Shown here: piece after piece, positions 18,442 to 27,087 of the stretch
How the letters are laid out: every line of letters begins with the position of its first letter
Position numbering within the stretch: the stretch's first letter is position 1
Assembly: GCA_963692915.1 (NCBI GenBank)
Contig: OY843584.1
Coordinates: 531,134 to 563,133, forward strand
DNA from: Cenarchaeum sp.
GTDB lineage: Archaea > Thermoproteota > Nitrososphaeria > Nitrososphaerales > Nitrosopumilaceae
Length of the DNA stretch: 32,000 bases
Direction: 5' to 3'
Program-made: the position numbers and the translations under genes
Notes under the pieces: model-generated
Databases searched by the model: none
The model's input: only the letters and a program-made list of their open reading frames with translations
What the model was told of the DNA's origin: nothing

Positions 18442-18557
18442 CGTGTGCTCTTCACGCTCCTAGAACGGGCAAACGTGCCGCACGGGCAAATATTACCCTT
18501 TTCAGGGCCGGCAGCGCCCAACAAGGTTTATTAGCGCACGCACGCGCACGAGGCGCG

Positions 18558-19784
18558 ATGAGCAGCATGGCGGTGCCCGTTGCACTCGTGGCATCCCTCA
18601 TGGTCATGGTTCCGTCTGCCTGGGGCGCGACGCTCACGGCCTTTATCGATCCGCAGGACAACGAGGCGACCTTCAAGCTCAGCTACCTCCAGACGTTCAC
18701 GATACGCCATGACTCGCAGGGCGAGCTCGCCGGCCTCCTTGAGGGCCAAGAGTGGGTGATCGACGAAAAGTTCAGCTCTGGCAATCCTGGCGTCACCGAG
18801 CTCGCCGAGCGCATCAACAGCGGCATACTTGACAACCGCAGCACAGTCAGGGTCTCTGACCTCGAAATTGCCTACAAGGCATCGCTAGTCGAGCGCGAAA
18901 AGTCCTCTGACATCAACTACAACCTCCTGATCTCCGGTGCCCTCGTGGACTTTGTCATAAAGGAGGAGGATCCGAGGAATCCGGGCATCATCGACATGGG
19001 ATGGAGGCACTTTGACATTGCCGGCCCGATCGTCGTCGACGGCATTGACGTCAACACGCCAATTGCGGCGATTGAGGACAACTCTCCTGGCGTTTATGCC
19101 GCAATAGAGGGCAGTGTGGCCGGCGACTTGCTCTCTGAGAGCCTCATGCAGGCAGAGGGCTTTTCTGATCCGCTCGACGTGTGGCACTTTCTCGTTGACC
19201 CCACGGGAATCAGCATAGACGCCAACCAGTTTGGGCTCAGCGAGGATATCGCCGGCAAGGTCATCTCAAAGTACACGCTTGGCGAGAGCAGCATACGCGA
19301 GGGCCGCAAGACTGACGAGCTCATCAACATGCCCTTTACGCTGGATCGCGAGTACTATATACGCACGATAAACACCATCGACATAGCCGAGACTGCCGTC
19401 GTCGGCTATACGTCAATATCCTCACTCGATGACCTCGAGACGCTTGGGTTCTCGTTTAGCGACCCGATTGGAACGACCACCGCAACGGGGGCATTCCCAG
19501 TGTTTATCGTGTATGGCATGGCCGCAATGGCCGCAGTCGGCGCCGGAATGTTCTTCTTTATCAGCAGCAGGCAGCTAAAGAAGGAAAAGGGCGCAACGCA
19601 GACTGGCATTGACCCGTCAAACCTCCAGGCCTCGGCGACTAGCACTGCTGCCGGCGGATACCAGACGAACAGGGGAGAGTCACAGCTCCGCTCTGACTAT
19701 GACTCTGGCTCGTCGTCCTCGCCGGAGCTCACCGAGCCGGACACGACGCGCGGCTCTATGCCAAAGGGCTGGGAAAAGAAATAG
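18558..19784 (+). CDS. Conserved exported/membrane-anchored protein (N-terminal signal-like segment, C-terminal TM helix, hydrophilic tail)
   Basis: MSSMAVPVALVASLMVMVPSAWGATL... and GAFPVFIVYGMAAMAAVGAGMFFFISSRQLKKEKG followed by a Ser-rich tail. Confidence 0.7.
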   Translation: MSSMAVPVALVASLMVMVPSAWGATLTAFIDPQDNEATFKLSYLQTFTIRHDSQGELAGLLEGQEWVIDEKFSSGNPGVTELAERINSGILDNRSTVRVSDLEIAYKASLVEREKSSDINYNLLISGALVDFVIKEEDPRNPGIIDMGWRHFDIAGPIVVDGIDVNTPIAAIEDNSPGVYAAIEGSVAGDLLSESLMQAEGFSDPLDVWHFLVDPTGISIDANQFGLSEDIAGKVISKYTLGESSIREGRKTDELINMPFTLDREYYIRTINTIDIAETAVVGYTSISSLDDLETLGFSFSDPIGTTTATGAFPVFIVYGMAAMAAVGAGMFFFISSRQLKKEKGATQTGIDPSNLQASATSTAAGGYQTNRGESQLRSDYDSGSSSSPELTEPDTTRGSMPKGWEKK

Positions 19785-19786
19785 GT

Positions 19787-20112
19787 GCGTGCCAGGAGTA
19801 ACCCTCCTTCTGTTCTGGCGACATTTGGCTATGCGGCCTACCCGAGCCTGCTGCAGGGTGCTGGGGCTCTGTCTGGCCTTGCTCCGCGCGGGACAGCCGT
19901 TCCATTCCGGCTCCGGAAACCTCAGGCACAGCCGTCACGGTGCGCCGGGCCGGATTCGTTTCTGTTCTGTTGCCGGCCATCTCTGGCCACCCATCTCCGG
20001 GTCGCGCTCCCTGCGTGGAGGGAGGAGTTTCCTCTGCGTTAGCAGCGTGTCGCTCTCTGGCTCGCACGCCCAAGGCCTGCACGAGGGGGCGTATATCGCT
20101 ATCTCTGCACGC
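19787..20112 (-). ncRNA. rnpB: RNase P RNA
   Basis: Reverse strand carries GAGGAAACTCCTCC (CR-I-like), GGCAACAGAACAGAAACGAATCCGGCC, CGGAGCAAGGCCAGACAG (CR-IV), CGGGTAGGCCGCATAGCCAAATGTCGCC-AGAACAGAAGGAGGGTTAC (CR-V). P1 ends pair (GCGTGC/GCACGC). P4 AAC[U]CCUCC / GGAGGGUU keeps the bulged U. Confidence 0.87.
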
Positions 20113-20135
20113 TAGAGCGTATTCTGTACTTTCAA

Positions 20136-20309
20136 ATACTTAACAGTTGAGGGACGATGTACGATCAAATACTTAACAGTTGAGGGACGATGTACGATCA
20201 AATACTTAACAGTTGAGGGACGATGTACGATCAAATACTTAACAGTTGAGGGACGATGTACGATCAAATACTTAACAGTTGAGGGACGATGTACGATCAA
20301 ATACTTAAC
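20136..20309. repeat. 33-bp perfect direct tandem repeat, 5 full copies plus 9 nt
   Basis: Unit ATACTTAACAGTTGAGGGACGATGTACGATCAA starting at 20136, 20169, 20202, 20235, 20268. Confidence 0.98.
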
Positions 20310-20360
20310 TATATTTTATACATTTTTTATGCTTAAAAACTTTTAGACATGAAATTTGGA

Positions 20361-20372
20361 ATAATATATAAA
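20361..20372 (+). promoter_or_regulatory. TATA box of the DUF4143-type ATPase gene (near-leaderless arrangement)
   Basis: ATAATATATAAACC about 25 nt before ATG 20386. Confidence 0.5.
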
Positions 20373-20385
20373 CCAATTTGCATGC

Positions 20386-21912
20386 ATGACTGACATGAGC
20401 GCCGGACCCTGGACACCACAGTTGCTGCGAGACGTGAATCCGTGGTGGGAGCTGCCAGACGTGATACGGCAGGATCGTGAGGTTAGGGCATGGCGTGATT
20501 CAGGTGAGCGCTATCGGCCTGCGCTCATGGGCGAGATGACGCTTGACTTTGAGTCTGATATGCAGGTGATCTACACGGTTCGAGGATCGCGCCAGGTGGG
20601 CAAGACGACAATGGTAAAGCTGCAGATCATGGATCTCCTGGATCAGGGGGTGGAACCGCAACGTTTGCTCTACTATTCGTTTGGCCCGCGTGCAACGCTT
20701 GACGAACTGTACGATGTCCTGCTGGGATACCTGCGCCTGAGCGAACGTGTCCGCGGTGATCGTAGATGCTACATATTTCTCGATGAAATATCATATGTGC
20801 CAAAATGGCAAGAGGGACTAAAGGAGATCTCCAACATGGGACGCCTGGCAAATTGCACCATCGTGGCAACCGGCTCAAATGCCACTGACTTGACACGCGC
20901 AACTGAGACGCTTACGGGTCGTCTGGGGCTTGTTGAGGATGGAAACCACAAATCACTCCTTCCAATGCGCTTTAGGGAGTTTGTGTCAATTATGAACACC
21001 GATTTGTCTAAACTTATCACCTCTCACGGCCTCTCTGAGCATGATCGGGCGCATTCTGTGTTTATGGACATCGCCACTGGATCCAATAATGAAGTTCTGA
21101 ATCGGCTAGAGCTCCATATGACCGACCTGGATGTGCTTTTCATGCAATACATGGTGTGGGGTGGAATACCACATGTGGCAAACATGTGTCCCAATGGCAT
21201 ACCAAATCCGCTGTACAGGACATACTTGGATGGCATATTGCATGAATGGAAATTTCTTGGATACTCGATTGATTCACTACGCGGCCTTGCGCCACATCTC
21301 GTGGATAGTGCGGGAAGCACTTTTTCGTGGAACAGCATGGCAGATGCGCTCTTGTGCTCCCGTCAGGAGTCCAAAGACCGCCTATGCGCGCTGCGTGACA
21401 TGTATGTGATCTCGGTTATGGATAACTATAACGTGCATGGCAAGATTGCGCACCACCGCAAGTCCAAAAAGCTGCACTTTCGAGATCCGCTCTTTTACCA
21501 CATCTTTGCCACGTTGTCTGGCAAACGCTCCTCTCCGTTTGAGCAGAGCAAGGCATGCGTGGACGATCCCACTATTCGTGGCAAGGTGGCCGAGTGTGTG
21601 ATGGCCGATCACCTCTCTCGCTTTGCCTACTCTGCATCGGTTCGAAAAGCGCTCTTTGATCCGTCCGATTATGTTTACTATTGGAAGTCGGGGAGACACG
21701 AGGTGGACTTTGTGTATATTGGAAGCGATAACATCCCAATTCCAATTGAGGTAAAGTATCGCTCCAAGATCAACCACAAAAACTTTGACGGCATGGCAGA
21801 GTTTCTAAACGTTAGCGGCGCGGGGCGTGGAATTGTTGCCACACGACGAGAGTATGACATTCGGCGCGACTATGCGCTTGTTCCGCTGCCGATGCTGCTA
21901 ATGCTGATGTGA
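20386..21912 (+). CDS. AAA-family ATPase with C-terminal DUF4143-type domain
   Basis: TVRGSRQVGKTTMVK (Walker A), RRCYIFLDEISYV (Walker B), C-terminal KLHFRDPLFYHIFATLSG...VAECVMADHL...VYYWKSGRHEVDFVYIG...PIEVKYRSK. Confidence 0.85.
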   Translation: MTDMSAGPWTPQLLRDVNPWWELPDVIRQDREVRAWRDSGERYRPALMGEMTLDFESDMQVIYTVRGSRQVGKTTMVKLQIMDLLDQGVEPQRLLYYSFGPRATLDELYDVLLGYLRLSERVRGDRRCYIFLDEISYVPKWQEGLKEISNMGRLANCTIVATGSNATDLTRATETLTGRLGLVEDGNHKSLLPMRFREFVSIMNTDLSKLITSHGLSEHDRAHSVFMDIATGSNNEVLNRLELHMTDLDVLFMQYMVWGGIPHVANMCPNGIPNPLYRTYLDGILHEWKFLGYSIDSLRGLAPHLVDSAGSTFSWNSMADALLCSRQESKDRLCALRDMYVISVMDNYNVHGKIAHHRKSKKLHFRDPLFYHIFATLSGKRSSPFEQSKACVDDPTIRGKVAECVMADHLSRFAYSASVRKALFDPSDYVYYWKSGRHEVDFVYIGSDNIPIPIEVKYRSKINHKNFDGMAEFLNVSGAGRGIVATRREYDIRRDYALVPLPMLLMLM

Positions 21913-21946
21913 TTGCCGGCGCACATGATTGGCTGATGCTAGCCGG

Positions 21947-22453
21947 TCAGTTGAGTATCTTTAGGCTTCGGCACACCGCGTACAGGTTGCGCCTGAGGTT
22001 CTTGTCAAGCAGCGTCTCCATCTTTTGGCGGAGGCGAACCTTTGCGCGCTCGCGCTCGGCGCCGTCAGGCAGCGAGAGGACCTCGTTTATCAGCTCGGGG
22101 AGCGACTCACGAACCCACGCGTCGAGTATGGCATAGTCGCGCGGCGATATTGGCACAACGTCAGGCCCCTCGTCGAGGACTCCGGTGAACGGCTCGTGCT
22201 CTATGCGGTATATCAGGGCAAACACACAGTTTTCTGGCGTGGGCTCGCGGAGTATCTCCTCTGACCTCGAGCCGGCCTTTCCCTGCGCGACCTTGTTGCG
22301 CAGGCCCACGGGATCGATGAGCGCGCCGTTCACGCCTATCCTCCTGCCGTCGACTCCGGTCGCCACTCCCACAAAACACCTGACCGTCTCGCCGTCACGC
22401 ACGCGCGCAAAGACGTGCGTTCCCTCGGAGATCCCGCGCTTTTTGCCAAACAT
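21947..22453 (-). CDS. Hypothetical protein, about 168 aa
   Basis: MFGKKRGISEGTHVFARVRDGETVRCFVGVATGVDGRRIGVNGALIDPVGLRNKV...; coding-like, upstream part of the ORF looks non-genic. Confidence 0.5.
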   Translation of the reverse strand: MFGKKRGISEGTHVFARVRDGETVRCFVGVATGVDGRRIGVNGALIDPVGLRNKVAQGKAGSRSEEILREPTPENCVFALIYRIEHEPFTGVLDEGPDVVPISPRDYAILDAWVRESLPELINEVLSLPDGAERERAKVRLRQKMETLLDKNLRRNLYAVCRSLKILN

Positions 22454-22659
22454 TGCGCTAGTGCCGGCGCGTTTGTATTTAATCGCTCGCCGCACGGGGC
22501 GTTGTTTCATAACCACGCCTAGGTGCCATCCACGCAGGCCCCGCCCCGAGCGAGGCGCGTGGCTGCCGCGACCGAAACACAAATGGATCGGCTCGCGGGC
22601 AGGCAACGCGTTGGCCGGCGAAGCGGATGCAAAGTACGTTGACAGGGGAAGGATACTCG

Positions 22660-23240
22660 TCATGCCCGCCAGCACGGAGGTCGCGCGGCGCGAGCTCGCC
22701 GAGGCGAGCAGGAAAAAGCCCGGCAGACCGTTCCTCTGCCCGAAGTCGCTCGTCATCCAGCTCGCCCTGGTGCGCGCCCTGTTCGGCGTCTGCCACAGGG
22801 AGCTGGAGGAGCTCCTCGCCGAGTCCCTGCACGGCGAGTTTGGTATCGGGTTCGTCCAGATATGGCGCAGGGTGTCGGGGTCGACGTCGGGTTCTCATCG
22901 CGCGACGGCTTGTTCACGTTCAACAACTCGCTCACCAGCGACGCCGGGGAAACCGAGGTCGCGTTTGACGGCACGGCCTCAGGTAGGGAGGAGCGGCGCG
23001 TGGAAGCTGGAGAAGTGGAAGGTTCGTTTCGGCTTCGTCAGGCTCACGCTGGCAGTCCACGCCGAGGACAAGATGATCATCGCCATGACGGTGACGGGCG
23101 ACGCGACGTCGAAACTCTCGCAGTTCCCAAAGCTGCTGCGCGCGGTGGTGGACGCGCGCGCAGTTCGTCAGGACGCGTGGCAGCCATCGTCGAGGAGCTG
23201 GGCAAACAACGCGAGGTACAGCAGGCAGCATCAGAAAAAT
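22660..23240 (+). pseudogene. Decayed/truncated DDE (IS5-like) transposase
   Basis: RKKPGRPFLCPKSLVIQLALVRALFGVCHRELEELLAESLHGEFGIGFVQIWRR, then frame-shifted FNNSLTSDAGETEVAFDGTASG, then shifted back to WKLEKWKVRFGFVRLTLAVHAEDKMIIAMTVTGDATSKLSQFPKLLRAVVD. Family assignment from the R-L region and DGT/K-W pattern only. Confidence 0.6.
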
Positions 23241-23250
23241 ATCGACGATC

Positions 23251-23889
23251 ATGTCGACGCCCGAGTTTGTCGAACGCTCTAAACATCTTGAGGCGCTTGA
23301 AAAGTTAGGTGCCGAACGAACCGCACTTGATCTGGAGATAGGCGGATCATTTACAAGGATAAGCCATCCACTCTCAAAGTACGTCTATGTCACTTCACTT
23401 GACAAAGAAAAAAAAACCGTAATGGCCAGGATGCTTGCCGAGCCGGCGGTTGCCCTGCGCGAGTCCGGCCCTGACATTGTGCTTGACATACTTGTTCACG
23501 TCAGAAAGGCAGTCTCATCAGCATCCGTCTCCGTAAAGGACATATCGAAATCCGAGGAACAGATAGACGCAGTGTCTGCCGGTCTTGGGGAGTTTGTCTC
23601 GCGCATGGCGTCACTGGAGGAGCGCAAGGGCGAGATTGCCGAGCGCGTTCGCTCCTTTGACTCCTCGCAGCTTGACTCTGCGCGCGCAACGCTCGAGCGA
23701 GCCACGTCTGACATTGTGGCACTAGAGTCGCGCGAGCGCGAGATTCGGGCCGATGCCGTGGCCGCCGAGGCCGAGATTCCCTCGGCCCTCAAGGCGCTAG
23801 AGTCGCGCATGCGAGCCGTGACGTCAGTCGCGTACACCTTCGGATGCCTGACGCCTAGCAATCGGGTTTTGCAGGATGGCCAGATCTAG
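23251..23889 (+). CDS. Coiled-coil hypothetical protein, possibly a 5'-truncated remnant
   Basis: LEERKGEIAERVRSFDSSQLDSARATLERATSDIVALESREREIRADAVAAEAEIPSALKALESRMR; begins immediately after the transposase remnant. Confidence 0.5.
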   Translation: MSTPEFVERSKHLEALEKLGAERTALDLEIGGSFTRISHPLSKYVYVTSLDKEKKTVMARMLAEPAVALRESGPDIVLDILVHVRKAVSSASVSVKDISKSEEQIDAVSAGLGEFVSRMASLEERKGEIAERVRSFDSSQLDSARATLERATSDIVALESREREIRADAVAAEAEIPSALKALESRMRAVTSVAYTFGCLTPSNRVLQDGQI

Positions 23890-24111
23890 TAGTGTCACAC
23901 TTTGCCGTACGGGCGCTGCTGTGACGGCATTAGCAGGCGTCATGGCGGTAGCCGTCAACATCCGCTCTAAATATCTCATGCCGTGATCATGTTTTGTCAT
24001 TATACCCCCTAACTTTTTGTGATTTTGGGCGTTTTTCACACTTTTTCAAGGGGTATTTGATCACTGTTCAAAAACCAAATGATTTTACCTTTCTTTATAT
24101 ACTCATTTGGC

Positions 24112-24124
24112 ATTTCTTTATAAA
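24112..24124 (+). promoter_or_regulatory. TATA box for the GHKL/NTase unit
   Basis: TTCTTTATAAAGA about 25-30 nt upstream of TTG 24149. Confidence 0.45.
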
Positions 24125-24148
24125 GAGATAGTGGCCTGACTGGCACGG

Positions 24149-26002
24149 TTGACCCAGCACAAGATTGACGTAACACCGGACAAGAGCCTCATCAAGAAGC
24201 TGGGGAGTGTAGGGTACCGAACCGAGCAGGCCATAGCAGAACTGATTGACAACTCTATCGACGCCCGCCTAGACGGTACGCTAGAGACGATCAGGATAGT
24301 CTTGGACTTTGCGAATCGAACGATTTCTGTCCGTGACGACGGCGCCGGAATGGATCTGGGTGCACTCAGGAACTCGTGGGTGCTTGGAGCACACTCAAAG
24401 TCATCAAACTCGAGCCTTGGCATGTTTGGAATTGGCATGAAGAGCGCATGCTCAGCCCTGGGCAAGTCGTTTTCGGTCAGGACAACAACTGCGGGTTCCA
24501 CGGCTGAACTTTACGCAAAATATGATGAAGATGAGTGGCTTGGAAGTTCAGGAGGGTGGGATGACTTTGAGGTTACTGAAACCCCCGCTGATGCAGATAC
24601 GCACGGAACAGAAGTCGTCGTGTCAAAGATCAATGTCGCGCTTTATCGTGCACAGGCTGCACAATTTCGAAAGCGCTTTGGAACACGCTATGCCCAGCAT
24701 ATGTTGGATCAACAAATAAAGATCACTGTCAACAACAAGCCATGCAGACCAATTGAGCCAGATATTGACTATAAAACCAAAAAAAACCTTGACATTTCCC
24801 TGTCTGATGGTAATCGCATCCATGGGTGGATTGCGCTTTTACGTCAATATTCAGTCAAGGGCGATTATGGGTTTAACCTGTATCAAAACAGTAGACTAAT
24901 CAGCTCTCACGCCAAATTTGGAATTCGTTACCATCCGGCAGTATCTCGTGTGGTTGGAAATCTGCATTTGGATCATGTCCCAGTAAATGTTCTTAAAACC
25001 GGGTTTTTGCCTGACACATACGAATATGCACAATCTTTTAAAGCAATTGAGAACGATCCGACTGTCAAAAAACTCATCAATGAGTCTGAACCTCATGAAA
25101 AATTTAGTAGTGACTATGCCTCTGTTTTCAGAAATGATGTGCCACCGACAAAAATTCCACGTATTGGAGATGTGAACGCCTCTCGTTTGCTTCGCAATAT
25201 GATCTCTGTGGATGTACTTGACACTGCGTCTCCTCGTATGGCGCTGGAGGATTGTGACACTGGGGTGTACCGCATTGAAGGTAGTGGCGACGAAACAAAA
25301 GTCATTGTTAATCGACAAAGTGCCGTGTTTCGGGCATTTAAAAATCCGCTGTTTTTGTTGGGAATGTTGCGTCTTGAAGCTCAAACTCTATCCGGTCATT
25401 CTGAAGCACAGCGTCTAATCACAAAAAGAAACAAAACATGGGAACAGTTTGTGGATTCACACTCTATTAATCGTGATATCAAACGTATAGGATCCAATGA
25501 CACATTGCCCAATAATCTTGTGAAGCTGCGTAGTTCAATTATGGGAGAGTTTTCAGAGCGGTTCCAGTTTACGGCTCTATCGATCTTGTGGCCACATCTC
25601 ATTAACGCATATCGTATATTGCCCTACACAGTATATGTTGCGCGAGGTTACGGCCAACTGTTAAAACATGTTGTATCGCAACAGAGTGGTTATCACGCAA
25701 TTTTAAATCCTGACCCTGGACAGGTGCATCAAATACTGGAAGCACGAGATGGCGGGGCACTCGTGATAATACGTGAGCGATCTGATGTGCCCAAGTTAAC
25801 TGCTGCATCGTATGCCAAAGCTTGGGTTGATCTATTTGTCGAGATACGACACGAACGTGTTGGAGTTTATGAAGAAGAGCTTGAGATGCTGTGGGATCTT
25901 GAGGACCACAGCTTGCTTACTATGAACCAAGTACTTTCATATGCGAAACGCCGCAGTGTTGCACAAGAGGTGGCTAAATACACTGGGGATGACACCACGT
26001 GA
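24149..26002 (+). CDS. GHKL ATPase (Hsp90/MutL/MORC-like Bergerat fold) with about 400 aa of uncharacterised C-terminal sequence
   Basis: QAIAELIDNSIDA (N box), VRDDGAGMD (G1), LGMFGIGMKSACSALG (G2), DADTHGTEVVV (G3). Confidence 0.88.
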   Translation: MTQHKIDVTPDKSLIKKLGSVGYRTEQAIAELIDNSIDARLDGTLETIRIVLDFANRTISVRDDGAGMDLGALRNSWVLGAHSKSSNSSLGMFGIGMKSACSALGKSFSVRTTTAGSTAELYAKYDEDEWLGSSGGWDDFEVTETPADADTHGTEVVVSKINVALYRAQAAQFRKRFGTRYAQHMLDQQIKITVNNKPCRPIEPDIDYKTKKNLDISLSDGNRIHGWIALLRQYSVKGDYGFNLYQNSRLISSHAKFGIRYHPAVSRVVGNLHLDHVPVNVLKTGFLPDTYEYAQSFKAIENDPTVKKLINESEPHEKFSSDYASVFRNDVPPTKIPRIGDVNASRLLRNMISVDVLDTASPRMALEDCDTGVYRIEGSGDETKVIVNRQSAVFRAFKNPLFLLGMLRLEAQTLSGHSEAQRLITKRNKTWEQFVDSHSINRDIKRIGSNDTLPNNLVKLRSSIMGEFSERFQFTALSILWPHLINAYRILPYTVYVARGYGQLLKHVVSQQSGYHAILNPDPGQVHQILEARDGGALVIIRERSDVPKLTAASYAKAWVDLFVEIRHERVGVYEEELEMLWDLEDHSLLTMNQVLSYAKRRSVAQEVAKYTGDDTT

Positions 26003-27087
26003 TTGTTGATGGTCTAACTAGACGTGATCTCAAGTCAAGAACTACTAAATTTGGTTTTGCTGACTCGGGCTATCTTGAAAAGTTTATGATGGATTTTGAT
26101 GCCTACATTGCACTATCTAATGTGAGAAAATGTTATGTTCGTGGAGGCATGTGTGTGCCTTTTTATGTTGATTCTAAACATCGCCGTTTCAGTAAAGATC
26201 TAGATGTATATGTGACTTGTTCAGTTGACGAGATCATCGAAAAAGTTTCTGCTGCATTGTTGGATGTGGGATTTACGCGTGTTACGCCCTATAATCATCG
26301 TGGCAATCAGTCTATGATGAATAACTGGGTTCGTTTTAAGGCTTCCTATGTTCCCGTGGGCTCTTCGGATCATCCATCTGCTTCTAGTCAACAAGATTCA
26401 ATATCTGTTGATATCACATGTGGGATTGATGCTGCTCAGCTTGACACTACTCTCCTAGAACAAGAGCAAAATTTATTTGACTTTAAAATACCGCCTCCAA
26501 TTCACACACTTTCTAGAGGGGCGCTTATCGCAGACAAAATTACTTCACTGGGGTGTGGGCCTGTGGGATATCCTACGCCTGCAGGACGTTCTAAGCCTTT
26601 GGGATATTCTGAGCCTGAACCTACGCCAAAGCAGATCTATGATATTGGCATGCTGCTGCGCAAAACAACAACCGATGATCTTATTATTATGGTACAGATG
26701 TACAATTATTTAACAAATTTTAAATTAACAAACGGAAATCGCAATTTTGGACTAGCGAAAGTAATTCAAAGCGTTAAATCATATATTTCTACCATTTTAA
26801 CAAATGACACCTTACCTCGGCTGACCAGCGCACACAGCGATCATTTTTTCATTTTTTCTCACAGTATGCTTTCAAAACCCCATATTGACGAAGTTGAACA
26901 TTCAAAAAATATCATGTTGACTTTACTCTGTGCAGACTTTCTTGAACGTTCTCTTGATGCCTCTGCCTCAAATGAACAATTGGCTGAACGTATGCAAGAT
27001 ACACTCGATGCTGCATTTGAACTTGAAATACTTGAAGACCAGATATCGTATTTAAAGCGACATGTTGAGGGTATGGGCTCACCTTGA
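25999..27087 (+). CDS. AbiEii/AbiGii-type nucleotidyltransferase
   Basis: KCYVRGGMCVPFYVDSKHRRFSKDLDVYV (GG...RxSxDLD), DSISVDITCG (third carboxylate), SRGALIADKITSLG ... PTPKQIYDIGMLLRK (K and YD motifs). GTG start overlaps upstream TGA as GTGA. Confidence 0.82.
   Translation: MIVDGLTRRDLKSRTTKFGFADSGYLEKFMMDFDAYIALSNVRKCYVRGGMCVPFYVDSKHRRFSKDLDVYVTCSVDEIIEKVSAALLDVGFTRVTPYNHRGNQSMMNNWVRFKASYVPVGSSDHPSASSQQDSISVDITCGIDAAQLDTTLLEQEQNLFDFKIPPPIHTLSRGALIADKITSLGCGPVGYPTPAGRSKPLGYSEPEPTPKQIYDIGMLLRKTTTDDLIIMVQMYNYLTNFKLTNGNRNFGLAKVIQSVKSYISTILTNDTLPRLTSAHSDHFFIFSHSMLSKPHIDEVEHSKNIMLTLLCADFLERSLDASASNEQLAERMQDTLDAAFELEILEDQISYLKRHVEGMGSP

Noticed and set aside
20112-20300. 62-aa minus-strand ORF with (IVHRPSTVKYL)x5
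   Set aside because: It is only the 33-bp tandem repeat read in frame (33 is divisible by 3) and it overlaps the inferred rnpB promoter; no sign of a real protein.
20136-20309. CRISPR array
   Set aside because: Copies are directly contiguous with no spacers and no cas genes nearby. The same reasoning excludes the 23-bp array at 30306-30454.
22185-23282. 365-aa plus-strand ORF as one intact protein
   Set aside because: The first ~150 aa are antisense to the minus-strand 168-aa gene, and only parts resemble transposase, with a frame change in the middle. Treated as a pseudogene rather than one CDS.
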